A program made the translations under genes and the position numbers. The notes under the pieces were generated by a model. It did no database searches, was not told the origin of the DNA, and saw only the letters and a list, made by a program, of their open reading frames with translations. 64,000 nt of DNA from an uncultured Candidatus Poseidoniales archaeon (GTDB lineage Archaea; Thermoplasmatota; Poseidoniia; Poseidoniales; Poseidoniaceae). Shown here in pieces: positions 38,575 through 48,184 of the stretch (the first letter of the stretch is position 1; each line of letters opens with the position of its first letter). The stretch covers positions 5,332-69,331 of the forward strand of contig CAXGJQ010000001.1 of the NCBI GenBank assembly GCA_964009815.1. Reading direction: 5' to 3'.

Positions 38575-41500
38575 TCAGTTGTCAAGCTCGTCTGCAAGGA
38601 CTGAAACGAGAGACGATTGTTCAGCCAATCGCTTGTTCACTTCATCTCGACGTCCCTTGCCAACCAGATACACAACACCCAAGAGTGCGATGGTCAGGAC
38701 GATGACGGCGAATGGAAGGGCCGTCTTGCCCACAACTTCACGAGCAAGGTCAAGGACCGGGCTGTTGGACTGAAGGTCTTCTGGAATCGGTTTGACGTTG
38801 TCTTTCTCATCGGATTCAACGATCTCATTCATTGGGTCGACCACGACATAAACGCCCTTGCTACCGGCTGAAACAGGGTAGAGCAAGTAGAGTTCAATCT
38901 CCTTGGCATCTTCCGTGTCATCTGGTGCAAGCAACGCTCCCACCACTTGGCGCATGACCACGCGTTCTTCTTCGCAACCGTTGTCACGAATTTCCTTCAT
39001 GATGTCAGCATCGTTAGCTTCGCCATATTCGCAAAGAACAATCTCAATGTCAGTGGCATGGACGTTTCCAGTGTTTTGCAAGATGATACCGATAGGAATC
39101 GTCGAGTCAACTTCGCCCGATGTAGATGGTGGCATGATGATCTCCTTGATTTCGAGGTTTGGTGCTCGCAGACGGAGCGTGACAATGAACTCATTCGTGT
39201 CCAAATTCTCACCGTCCCATGCTGGGGAGTCGTCGTGGTCTCCATCGTTCTCCATGTCGCCAAACATGGAAACCACCTTCAGACCAATGCTTCGTGTGTC
39301 GAGTTTGGCGTCGGTGCCAATCTTCACAGCTGCAACGGCCGTGATGGTTTCATACGGAGCCATCTCAGGAAGGCGCCACTCGTCGAGGTCTTCGAGATAG
39401 ATACAGGCGTCTTCGGGGTAGGATGATGCGGTTGACTGCATGGTCATGCAAGATTCTTCGACAACGAGGTCAGCGCTGAGTTGGCGCATGATGAACCAGT
39501 CGACATCCCAACTGCTGAGAACGCTCATTCCAGGCAATTCATTCCATAGGAGTGAATCCCCATCGCGTTGGGCCGTATGGTTGTTCAAGGTTGGAACATC
39601 GGGCACGTTTCCGTTGTTGGTCACGTTGAACATGAAGCGAACGACACGGCCAGGAGCAGAAGTCTTCACCGCATTGTCAACGGTTGGATCCATTGAAATT
39701 TGCATGTCATGGAATTCATCAACGGTGACAGTTAGAACGATGGCATCTCGAATTCGTGTTTCACGACCGCTGGCGTCCGGATAGACTTCTTCGGAGAAGG
39801 CTTGGAGCACGATGGTGTATTCACCTGCTGGCACACGGTTCGGAACGTTCATTTCCACATCAAACGCCTGATAGGTATCTGGTGAGAGTTCTTGGAGAGT
39901 TTCACGAGGAATCTCAATGTCCCAGATGACGTCAACGCCGAAGGCATCGGTCACTCGAGCGAGGCGGAAATCAAACCGGTCGGGTCCATTGCCGTCGTTG
40001 GTGACCGTGATTGGCAAAGTGATCTTTTCGCCAGGATTCACATTCATTGAATTGCCAATCGCCGGGTCAATGCCAGCATCAAGGTCGAAAACGTGCTCTA
40101 CGGTGGTGGACAGGATCTCCGAATCCGAAATTCTCGGATATCCGTCAAGGTAGCCCTTCAGCGTAATGGCGGGCCCAAGGCCGGCCGTGGCGTTGTTTGG
40201 AGCGCAAACGTAGACCGTGATGCGCTTGGTGATTTTCTCTGCGTTTCCTGGGATGGTCCAAGCAATCGGGTCGCCTAGGCCATCGCCTGCATCCGCTGAG
40301 CCAGTAGCGTTATCGAAGTCAACGAGAACAACCCAGTTCTCTTCTCGCCAGGCAGGCATGCCCACACCGTCGGGCTTGGCATCGGGCGCTCCGGGTGTGG
40401 CAAAGACGAGTTCGCCGCTGTCAAAGTTCTTGGTGACGTTGACGTTGTAAGTGGCGCACTCTCCTGGCTTGACCTGTTCGGAGCGGTCATCGGCAGCAAA
40501 GACGATGTTTCCTGTTGAACGGATTGAAACGAACACGCCGAGTTCAAGGATGTCGTAGGTTCCCTTCTCAACGGACTTGATGGGTTCTCCTTCCGACCAA
40601 CCCTTCACGTAGATGACGAACGCTCCTGGATCTTCGGTTGTCGGCACAAAGACCTCGAGGTTCTTTGTAACCGATTGACCCGGGTCCAATTCCACTCGAA
40701 TGGGGAAGTTTACCTGCCATCCGAATGGCAACAACCATTCTTGCTGACCTTCGAGGCTGTTCGGGTCCCAGAAGACGAAGGCGTCGTTGACGTTCCCTGT
40801 GTTGGTGATGGTGATCGAGAAGATAGCGGTGTCGCCTTGTTCAATGTCCGCCATGCTGTGCGAGGTGTCGAGGTTGATTCCGTGAACAACGTCCATCAGT
40901 GTCAAGGTGATGATGTCGTTCTGAATGGCTGGATCTTTGTACGATTGTGCCGTTACACGAACTTCCGCAAGCTCGTCGCCGTTGGCCTGATAGATGGATG
41001 GTGCCTGAACTCGCATGTAGAATCGAATATCTTCGCCGCCTTCGAGGAAAATCGGGGTGTCCGGGAAGATGCTTGAATGGTTGGAGGCGAAGTAGAGGTT
41101 CGCCGTCCAATTCATTGGCACGCCTGAAATGTTCAGTCCATAGGTATCAGCGACCAGGTCTTTTGGACCGGGCGTTGAGTTGTTCATGGTCATGTTGTAG
41201 ATGGTCTGTTGGCCGGGTTCGATGACGTGGTAGAAGGTTTCACCCTCATCAAAGTCAACATCAACTTGACCTGTTAAGACGTGGGAATAGCATATTGTGA
41301 ATCGGTTGTTGTTACCGTCGTCACCGCACTTGTTCGTATCCGACCACGCAATGTGGGCGCCGCTTCCAAGGTCATTGGAAAATGCCGGGGGCATACCGAT
41401 GGAGGGTTGGCGTCCGCTATTTGGCCCGAGTTTATTCGAATTCCACGAGGTTACCGGAACCGCTTCCCACGGGTCGAGGGCCGTCAGGCCATCACCGGTG

Positions 41501-43605
41501 AGGTCGGTTTGATTCAATCGGACGTAGAGAACCTCTTCGTTAGCAGAGAGGTTACCTGAGTCGACCCATGCGATGTGGACATTGTTTTGGTCATCGGTCA
41601 GAAGCGATGGGAACACCGAGTTCCCGGCGTAAGGGGAGGCAGGTGGCAGCCCATTCTTTCCTTCAACGTTGGAAATGGGCGTGTCGTTAATCTTCTTGAT
41701 GGCGTACGTGGAAAGGCCTTCTTCAGCGCCATCCCAAGCACCTGCACCTTGGAGTCGAAGTTTGGTGTAGTAGATTTCGTAGTTGACGTCCTTTTCAAAT
41801 CCGTAATCTCGGCCATCCATCCAAGCGATGTGCGTGTTGCCTTGCATGTCAACACCAATGGAAGGGTGGAAGGAGTAGGCGTCATCAATCGTGACACGGG
41901 TGTCGTTGACCACAACCAAGTGGCCGTCGGCGCCTGCGCCGGTGTCTTCCGCGTAGGTGCCGCCCTGAGCTGTGTGTCCGGGCAACCCAGGTGTGAAACT
42001 TGGGTCGTTGTTCATCTTGGCATATGGGTCAAGAATGGACATGTAGATTTCACGGGAGTTGTTGGTGGAGATGTATACCATGGCTTCGACGAGGAGGGCC
42101 ATTTGGTTGGTTCCGGATCCCGATGGGAATTCGTATGCCTGGCCGCCGGCATCAGTGCTAGCGAGGGTATTACCGGGGCAATTTCGAGACTGAGTGGAGA
42201 CGATGCCGTTGGGGCACTGGACCAAGTCCATGAAGTGGGATTGGATGTTTCCTGCACCACCGTAGCCTTGGCCGTACAAACCAACGGGAACAACGCCGGC
42301 GAGGAGGCAGTTGTCGTGGGCCTCCTGGATGGCCGCTTTGTCATCGGCTTGCTGAGACGGGTCGCCGTCTTTGGGGCCTTCGTCTGAAACGGGAATCACG
42401 ATCTTTGTGGCGTTTGGGTTCCATCGGTGATCGGATTGAGTAGGAGGATTACCGGGAACGTTTCCGGCTGCGTCCTTCCATGAAAGACATGCCCAGTTGG
42501 AACCGGGGCCCCAATCCTCACCAGAATATCCGGAGTAGGTGTTGCCGTTGTAGATGGTCCCGGGCAGTTTGCGAATACCGCCAGAGTCGTCGCCGGGGGT
42601 TTGACCAAGCGGAGTGGTTCGTGGGCCGGTGTTCTGGTTGTATCCCTGGCAGTTGCCTGAGCTGGCTGCGCCGGGAAGGGTGTTGCCCAAACCATAGATG
42701 GTCTCGTAAACGGTCATGTTGCCTTCTTCGAGCATCGGCTTGATGCCTTGGAAGTAAGGGCCGCTTGCGAAGTTGCCGCCGTAAATGACCGTGCAGATGT
42801 CGGCCCATTCCGAATACATCGAACCGGAGGTGTCAACGATAAAGGCCAATTCGACCTTTCCACCGCGAGTGTCATCCCAAGCGATCTGAACGTAATCGTT
42901 GGCATCAACGACAACATCTGGGTGCCCCTTGTGGCCAATGATGGGTGTGAGGAGGGTGTCATCAAAGAGAGTGATGGTTGCACCAGAACCGATGTCGGGC
43001 TGAATCATGGAGTAGTAGATTTGCGGTTGGTTGAAGAAACGCCCCAATTCGTCATAGTTGTCTTGCCAAACGATGTGAACGTTGTTTTGACTGTCGATAT
43101 CGAGAGAGGGCCAGTCTCGGTTTTGAGACCGCCGCGAGATGATGGTGTCATCGATGGCCGTAATGGTGCCGTCGTCCGATGCCATGCCGTCCATTGGAGC
43201 GGCCCATGGCGAGAGTGCCGTGTACATGATGGCGTGTTGACCTGCTTTGTCGGCCCATACGATGTGGATGCGGTCGTATTCGTCGACAGCGAGATCAGGG
43301 TGCCAAACCTTGTGGAGTCCAGAATTGGTAATTTGGGTGGCGTCGATCAATGTCTCACCACGGGGAGACATCATCGAGTAGTAGAGGTGGAGGTTGTTCC
43401 GAGTCCATACCACGTGAACGTTTCCGGAGCTGTCAGAGCCAACAGCTGCTTGCGCATCGGACGATGTGCCACCGTCCACGATTTGGACGGCTTCGGTGAT
43501 TACGACGGTGTTTGCACTCACGGTAACGGAGGCGAGCAACAAGGAAGACATCACGGATAGAACCATGATTGATGCTAGACTGATGGATTTGATTTTTTGA
43601 CGCAT
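38575..43605 (-). CDS. Giant (1676 aa) membrane-anchored surface adhesin-like protein: signal peptide, beta-propeller-like HI(A/V)W-D repeats, VWA-like domain, multiple CARDB/Ig-like modules, C-terminal TM anchor
   Basis: N-terminal signal (SLASIMVLSVMSSLLLASVTVSA). Recurring NVHIVWxD / HIAWxD...YY units. VWA-like MIDAS region ELAFIVDTSGSM. CARDB-like segments (LEIKEIIMPPSTSGEVDSTIPIGIILQNTGNVHATD). C-terminal TM LPFAVIVLTIALLGVVYLVGKGRRD. Confidence 0.8.
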   Translation of the reverse strand: MRQKIKSISLASIMVLSVMSSLLLASVTVSANTVVITEAVQIVDGGTSSDAQAAVGSDSSGNVHVVWTRNNLHLYYSMMSPRGETLIDATQITNSGLHKVWHPDLAVDEYDRIHIVWADKAGQHAIMYTALSPWAAPMDGMASDDGTITAIDDTIISRRSQNRDWPSLDIDSQNNVHIVWQDNYDELGRFFNQPQIYYSMIQPDIGSGATITLFDDTLLTPIIGHKGHPDVVVDANDYVQIAWDDTRGGKVELAFIVDTSGSMYSEWADICTVIYGGNFASGPYFQGIKPMLEEGNMTVYETIYGLGNTLPGAASSGNCQGYNQNTGPRTTPLGQTPGDDSGGIRKLPGTIYNGNTYSGYSGEDWGPGSNWACLSWKDAAGNVPGNPPTQSDHRWNPNATKIVIPVSDEGPKDGDPSQQADDKAAIQEAHDNCLLAGVVPVGLYGQGYGGAGNIQSHFMDLVQCPNGIVSTQSRNCPGNTLASTDAGGQAYEFPSGSGTNQMALLVEAMVYISTNNSREIYMSILDPYAKMNNDPSFTPGLPGHTAQGGTYAEDTGAGADGHLVVVNDTRVTIDDAYSFHPSIGVDMQGNTHIAWMDGRDYGFEKDVNYEIYYTKLRLQGAGAWDGAEEGLSTYAIKKINDTPISNVEGKNGLPPASPYAGNSVFPSLLTDDQNNVHIAWVDSGNLSANEEVLYVRLNQTDLTGDGLTALDPWEAVPVTSWNSNKLGPNSGRQPSIGMPPAFSNDLGSGAHIAWSDTNKCGDDGNNNRFTICYSHVLTGQVDVDFDEGETFYHVIEPGQQTIYNMTMNNSTPGPKDLVADTYGLNISGVPMNWTANLYFASNHSSIFPDTPIFLEGGEDIRFYMRVQAPSIYQANGDELAEVRVTAQSYKDPAIQNDIITLTLMDVVHGINLDTSHSMADIEQGDTAIFSITITNTGNVNDAFVFWDPNSLEGQQEWLLPFGWQVNFPIRVELDPGQSVTKNLEVFVPTTEDPGAFVIYVKGWSEGEPIKSVEKGTYDILELGVFVSIRSTGNIVFAADDRSEQVKPGECATYNVNVTKNFDSGELVFATPGAPDAKPDGVGMPAWREENWVVLVDFDNATGSADAGDGLGDPIAWTIPGNAEKITKRITVYVCAPNNATAGLGPAITLKGYLDGYPRISDSEILSTTVEHVFDLDAGIDPAIGNSMNVNPGEKITLPITVTNDGNGPDRFDFRLARVTDAFGVDVIWDIEIPRETLQELSPDTYQAFDVEMNVPNRVPAGEYTIVLQAFSEEVYPDASGRETRIRDAIVLTVTVDEFHDMQISMDPTVDNAVKTSAPGRVVRFMFNVTNNGNVPDVPTLNNHTAQRDGDSLLWNELPGMSVLSSWDVDWFIMRQLSADLVVEESCMTMQSTASSYPEDACIYLEDLDEWRLPEMAPYETITAVAAVKIGTDAKLDTRSIGLKVVSMFGDMENDGDHDDSPAWDGENLDTNEFIVTLRLRAPNLEIKEIIMPPSTSGEVDSTIPIGIILQNTGNVHATDIEIVLCEYGEANDADIMKEIRDNGCEEERVVMRQVVGALLAPDDTEDAKEIELYLLYPVSAGSKGVYVVVDPMNEIVESDEKDNVKPIPEDLQSNSPVLDLAREVVGKTALPFAVIVLTIALLGVVYLVGKGRRDEVNKRLAEQSSLVSVLADELDN

Positions 43606-43744
43606 AGGTATACCCCGGACTTCTACGCTTTATCGTGAATCTAATCATACTTAACCGCGTCCCCTTTCGGTCATGTTTCAAGGGCTTGGGCAAGGAGTAT
43701 CAAAAACGATACCTCTCGGAAGAAAGAGAGGGTTTTCTCTCAAT

Positions 43745-44380
43745 TTAAGCCCATTCAGTCGGGTCAAATCCTGAGCCAAATGACATCTTCTCATCGAACT
43801 CGATTTGAGCAGGTGGGTGGGCCTCTTCGGCGAGGGGTTGTCCCTCGCTGTTGGGCTTGGATTTCGCCCAATCATCAACCGGTCCAGATTTGCCCACTCC
43901 GGGGCCGTAGGAATACTTGATTTCATGAATCAAGGCAAGTTTTGCCAGCCATAGACGTCGGAGGCTGTTCATGAACTCATGTTTGGTAAGTCCATCAAAC
44001 CAAATTGGTAGACTCACGTTGAAGGCTTGGAGGGGGCCTGGTTTCTTTTCGCCCTTATGGCCCATGTGTATCACCCAATCCACGCCGGTACGAATCAAAT
44101 GCAATCGACTTTCATGAATCCATTCAGACCAATCACTCTCTTCGTCATCCATGTGGTCTTTCATTTCCTTTTGTTGCCCTTCATCGACCCTCGTCATGCT
44201 CGATACAGCCACCAAGTCTCTGCCCTTCGGAACAACGATGGCGAACATGTGCCCTTGCTTGCCGCTTGGATATCGAACAAGGAAATGAGCGTGGGCCCGA
44301 GGGTCCTTTTGCGCCTTGGCTGAAAGCCGCTCTTCCGTGAGCCACTTTTTGAGCAGGGCGACGGTTTCGTCGGGCGTCAT
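43745..44380 (-). CDS. Hypothetical conserved protein
   Basis: 211-aa ORF with coding composition. No motif recognised. Confidence 0.35.
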   Translation of the reverse strand: MTPDETVALLKKWLTEERLSAKAQKDPRAHAHFLVRYPSGKQGHMFAIVVPKGRDLVAVSSMTRVDEGQQKEMKDHMDDEESDWSEWIHESRLHLIRTGVDWVIHMGHKGEKKPGPLQAFNVSLPIWFDGLTKHEFMNSLRRLWLAKLALIHEIKYSYGPGVGKSGPVDDWAKSKPNSEGQPLAEEAHPPAQIEFDEKMSFGSGFDPTEWA

Positions 44381-44418
44381 GGTCTCCCGAGACTCTCATC
44401 CCGTTTGAATGCAACCGT

Positions 44419-46011
44419 TCACGAGGCCAATTCATCCAATAGACGACCAAGTCGCGCTTTTTCCTCGCTCGAAAACCTCATTCGGACCCATGCATTTCGG
44501 GTGTCAACCCATGCATCCCACGCTGCAGCGAATGATTTGCCGCTCATCCAAAAGACAGGAAAACAAAGAAAATACACCACGAGAAGGCCACTGGCGGGCG
44601 AATACCCCCCGAGTTCAAGCCATGAAACGTTCCATCCAAATGTGCAGGCGATCCACTCACGGTAGAACCAAGTCAGTGTGGTCCAAAATCCAGCCACTAC
44701 AGGCCAGATGAGGAGTGAGCCAAAGAAAGCGGCGAGGAACTGATAGCTGGTTCGTGCATCCAGCCCTTCGTCCGTGGAATCACCGAGGAGGCGCCCAAGG
44801 GCGACTTGGAATCCAAGAGAAGTAAGAGCAAAAGGAAGGAGTGCAATAAAGAAGAGCACAGAGAGCAACGCCGATGGTAGGCGTTTCCAGTTGGCCTTTC
44901 GAAGCACCCGCCCCTGCGGGCCGAGGGCTCGTCCATCCAACCCATGTGATTCGAGCAGTTCTGCTGCTTCCGAGGCTCGTTCAAACCTCTCCCCTTCCAG
45001 CGGCTGTGGTGGAAGCACGGCTTGGCGCCCCGGCCATGTATCTCGAATGGCTCGTGCGGCCAAAACCTCGTCTTGCCAGGATTTGAGGCGTTTTCCATTC
45101 CCCCGCGCCTGAGCATGAGCCATGAGGTGCAAGGCACGGTGCTCCTCCCATGAGGATGAATTCGGTGTCATGGTCGGGAGGCGTTCTTGGAGTTGATCGC
45201 GTATTCGGTGAACGGAGGCCTCAGGCGGTTCGGTCCAGCCGCCTTGTCGGACAGCATCTACCATCTCAGAAGGAATCATCTCGTCAGACAATTCAATCGG
45301 TTCTCCAAATTCAATGAACTGATCGGTTCGAAACAATTCTCTTCGGCGGAAATGCAAGCCAATGGGAACGAGATGGGGCAGAGGGAGTCCTTTGGCCTTG
45401 GCCAGTGCTGCGGCGGCGAGGACTGTCCGGAAAGGCCCGGTCTTGAACCGAATCATGTGGGATTCGCTGTGACTGGTGCCTTCCGGGAACAGGACGCATC
45501 CAAAGCCGTGCGCGATCCCGCTGGAGAGGGCGAGAAGAGACCGCCCATTGAGGTGGAGAGCTTCCTCTTCTGTGCAACCTCCCCTGAGAAGTTCGGCTTT
45601 GCGGACCACGGGTTGGACGGCCAAACGTCGTGTCCACCACCCCAACAGAGGGCGGGTGACCAAATCATGGCGGGCACCGACGACGAACTCTTTGGGGTGA
45701 TTAAGGAAAATGGCGAGAGGGTCCATGAGGCCGTTGGTGTGCCACCCGCAACACATTGCCCCAGCACCATCTACAGTCAGGGGCGTTGCCTTGGAAGTGG
45801 CCGTGGTTCGAAACTGAACGCTCGATACCCTTCTGCACATCCAAAAGGCAACCTTTGTCCAAAGGTAGGATCCAGGAACTGAGGAATCGTAGGTAGGCAG
45901 AGGAGTTGCTAGCAACTTTTCGATGTTCATGTTCTTCGCAGAGGATGACAGGATGGGGAGTGCTTCGCCGTTATGCATCATTTCTTCTTCTTCAGTGACG
46001 ATGGTGGCCAT
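44419..46011 (-). CDS. Lysophospholipid/glycerol-3-phosphate acyltransferase family (PlsC/LPLAT) with C-terminal multi-TM extension
   Basis: Acyltransferase motif I HTNGLMD (H-x4-D), motif III FPEGTSH, downstream hydrophobic helices (LLSVLFFIALLPFALTSLGF, SLLIWPVVAGFWTTL). Confidence 0.6.
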   Translation of the reverse strand: MATIVTEEEEMMHNGEALPILSSSAKNMNIEKLLATPLPTYDSSVPGSYLWTKVAFWMCRRVSSVQFRTTATSKATPLTVDGAGAMCCGWHTNGLMDPLAIFLNHPKEFVVGARHDLVTRPLLGWWTRRLAVQPVVRKAELLRGGCTEEEALHLNGRSLLALSSGIAHGFGCVLFPEGTSHSESHMIRFKTGPFRTVLAAAALAKAKGLPLPHLVPIGLHFRRRELFRTDQFIEFGEPIELSDEMIPSEMVDAVRQGGWTEPPEASVHRIRDQLQERLPTMTPNSSSWEEHRALHLMAHAQARGNGKRLKSWQDEVLAARAIRDTWPGRQAVLPPQPLEGERFERASEAAELLESHGLDGRALGPQGRVLRKANWKRLPSALLSVLFFIALLPFALTSLGFQVALGRLLGDSTDEGLDARTSYQFLAAFFGSLLIWPVVAGFWTTLTWFYREWIACTFGWNVSWLELGGYSPASGLLVVYFLCFPVFWMSGKSFAAAWDAWVDTRNAWVRMRFSSEEKARLGRLLDELAS

Positions 46012-46436
46012 CAGTTCACCCCCTCAAGTTTGGTCGAAAGAGCCCCAAGGGCGACGTGGTTTGGTTCAGTGGCCTTGGTCGCCGGCCACATGGCCATCAA
46101 CGTACCTCCTCCATCACCGGGGGTGCGTGGGAGAACATGGACATGGACATGGGGGACTTCTTGACCTGCAAGTGGTCCATCGTGGACGCAAACGGTGAAA
46201 TCGGTCGTTGAGAAGTGATGTCCAAGGCGACGTTGGACCTCCTCTACGCCGTCCATCAAAGCCGCCCGTTCATCCGATTGGAGGGCGGCTAAGCGTTGGA
46301 CGGGGCGAGTCGGGATGACCAAGGTGTGGCCTTCCCGCCGCGGGAAGATGTCAAGAAAGGCGTACCATCCGTCGCCACGAGCCACTGGATGGGAGGGAAT
46401 CTCGCCCGACAAGATCCTCTCGAAGAGCGTGGTCAT
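46011..46436 (-). CDS. HIT-family (histidine triad) nucleotide hydrolase
   Basis: HVHVHVLPR histidine-triad motif. FERILSGEIPS N-terminus typical of Hint proteins. Start taken at MTTLFERIL. Confidence 0.8.
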   Translation of the reverse strand: MTTLFERILSGEIPSHPVARGDGWYAFLDIFPRREGHTLVIPTRPVQRLAALQSDERAALMDGVEEVQRRLGHHFSTTDFTVCVHDGPLAGQEVPHVHVHVLPRTPGDGGGTLMAMWPATKATEPNHVALGALSTKLEGVN

Positions 46437-46465
46437 GCCATGCCCTGTGGGACTGATGTCTTTTT

Positions 46466-48085
46466 TCATTGTGGAGGAAGAACCCAATGTCCGCCTGCTC
46501 CTTTCTTGATGGCCAAAGAGGCCACTGTTCCCTCGCGGTCCACCGTAATGTGGTGCAGGAAGTCATCGTTGGACTCCGGGAAGTCATCGCGCTGGAAGGC
46601 CCCCCGCGATTCTTCTCTCGCCAAACCGCTCTGAACCGAAGCCGTGACCATACGAACGGCGGCTTGAGCACGAAGTATTTCGAGAAGATTCGTGTTGGCA
46701 ATGAGCGATTTTTGGTCGACGTGAAGGGATTCTGCTGCTATTGAAATTTGTTCGAGTTTGCCATGAAGTTTGTTCATGCTGTCAGCCGAGAGAGAGGATG
46801 TTGCGGCGAGGGCCGCCTGGAGGTTGGCCATGACCGTCCCGCAGCGCACAACATGGCTTTCATCACCGGTTTCCATCATCGCTGAAACATCGCTTGTTGC
46901 TTCAGCGAGAGCCGATTCAAGTCCGGAGGCCGCACTGAATTTTCGACTTGAAACCCATTCGCCGGCTTGGTTTCCAGCAGCAGCGCCGGAGCCGATGGCA
47001 TCGAGGAGGCGATTTCCACTCAATGGGGCTGCTCCATGGAAGCCAGTGCAAGCTGCGCTACCTGCAGCATAAAGACCGGTGAACCAGCGAGACCATGCCC
47101 CTACGACGCAACGGCCATGCCCATCAACGGGCAATCCGCCAAGGGTATGGCCGACCGTTGGTTGCAGTGGAACCGTTTGACGGTTCATGTCAATGCCTGT
47201 TCGTTGCTGGACGAGCCGGAAGAGTGAGGTCCACCACGCTGCACTTTGCCCGAGGTTTCGAGCATCAAGGACCGGTTGAACGGCTGCGTTCAAGGCTTCA
47301 GTCAGTTCTTGAGAGGATTGGTTGGCCACCTCGATAGGGGCTCCAGATGCCTCGTGAAGTTGAGCGCCATCCAAAAGGAGGCCGGTTGGAAGGAACACGT
47401 CCGTGCCCTTGATCGTTAATGGATGATGAGCCATGAATTCCATGTCCCGGAGGGCAACTCCAGCTCGAAAGGCCATGTCCATGCCCAGTCCAACGACGCC
47501 TGAAGAATAGGCGCCTTCGAAACCTTCATCGGCGATGATAATCGCTTTGCATTGCAACCCAATAATGCGACCATTCACCATGTCAAGGGCAATCATGCCT
47601 TCAACCGATTGATTGGCGTGAACCAAGGTGAGGGGGATTTGATCTCCACGGCGAATGACGCCATGGCGCATGCACTGTTCTTCACCCACCTGTTGGATAC
47701 CGAGGGCTGTGCCGCTTCCGGCATCAACCGTTCGGGGTTGTTGGTGGCCTGGACCTTTTCGAACCATAGGGAGACCTTGTTGATCTCGGCGAAAATTCAC
47801 GCCGCGGCGTTCCAGAAGGTCAACTTGCTTGATGGCTCCAGCCGTCCTTTCAGCAACGATGTCTTGGTCGCAAAGAAACGCTCCACAGCGGATAGTATCT
47901 TCCCGGTGGCTACGGTTGTTTGATTCTTGCAGCGAGGCTGAGAGCCCTTCAAGAGCGGCCATTCCAGGATTTCCTAATCCTGTCGCAGACATCATCAAGG
48001 TGCTGGCACCGGACTTGGCCGCTTCAGCAGCAGCGTGCAATGCAGCGGGCCCGTCTCCAAGCACAATCACATCCCATGCTTCCAT
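46466..48085 (-). CDS. nadB: L-aspartate oxidase (SdhA/FrdA/NadB flavoprotein family; NadB-like)
   Basis: DVIVLGDGPAAL FAD motif. RSHREDTIRCGAFLCDQD aligns with the E. coli NadB block DSHVEDTLIAGAGICDRH and lacks the SdhA covalent-His SHT motif. HHPLTIKG, ESRGAFQRDDFP. No adjacent Fe-S subunit. Confidence 0.65.
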   Translation of the reverse strand: MEAWDVIVLGDGPAALHAAAEAAKSGASTLMMSATGLGNPGMAALEGLSASLQESNNRSHREDTIRCGAFLCDQDIVAERTAGAIKQVDLLERRGVNFRRDQQGLPMVRKGPGHQQPRTVDAGSGTALGIQQVGEEQCMRHGVIRRGDQIPLTLVHANQSVEGMIALDMVNGRIIGLQCKAIIIADEGFEGAYSSGVVGLGMDMAFRAGVALRDMEFMAHHPLTIKGTDVFLPTGLLLDGAQLHEASGAPIEVANQSSQELTEALNAAVQPVLDARNLGQSAAWWTSLFRLVQQRTGIDMNRQTVPLQPTVGHTLGGLPVDGHGRCVVGAWSRWFTGLYAAGSAACTGFHGAAPLSGNRLLDAIGSGAAAGNQAGEWVSSRKFSAASGLESALAEATSDVSAMMETGDESHVVRCGTVMANLQAALAATSSLSADSMNKLHGKLEQISIAAESLHVDQKSLIANTNLLEILRAQAAVRMVTASVQSGLAREESRGAFQRDDFPESNDDFLHHITVDREGTVASLAIKKGAGGHWVLPPQ

Positions 48086-48184
48086 TCAAATCTCCCCTGT
48101 TGCCGGCGACGCAGAGGACTGCCATAAGGTGCGCGCTTCCGCCGCAAGCATGGAACCTTCAATAAACGCCAACCTGCGCTCCCG

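Noticed and set aside
38617-43560. Many plus-strand ORFs (up to 270 aa) inside the giant adhesin gene
   Set aside because: They are antisense to a continuous 5-kb ORF with a signal peptide, VWA and CARDB motifs. Their composition is typical of shadow frames.
46466-48085. Calling the flavoprotein a succinate dehydrogenase/fumarate reductase subunit A
   Set aside because: It lacks the covalent-FAD SHT motif and an adjacent Fe-S subunit gene. The SH(V/R)EDT...CD(R/Q) block matches NadB, and nadC is present 30 kb away. Kept as NadB-like with moderate confidence.
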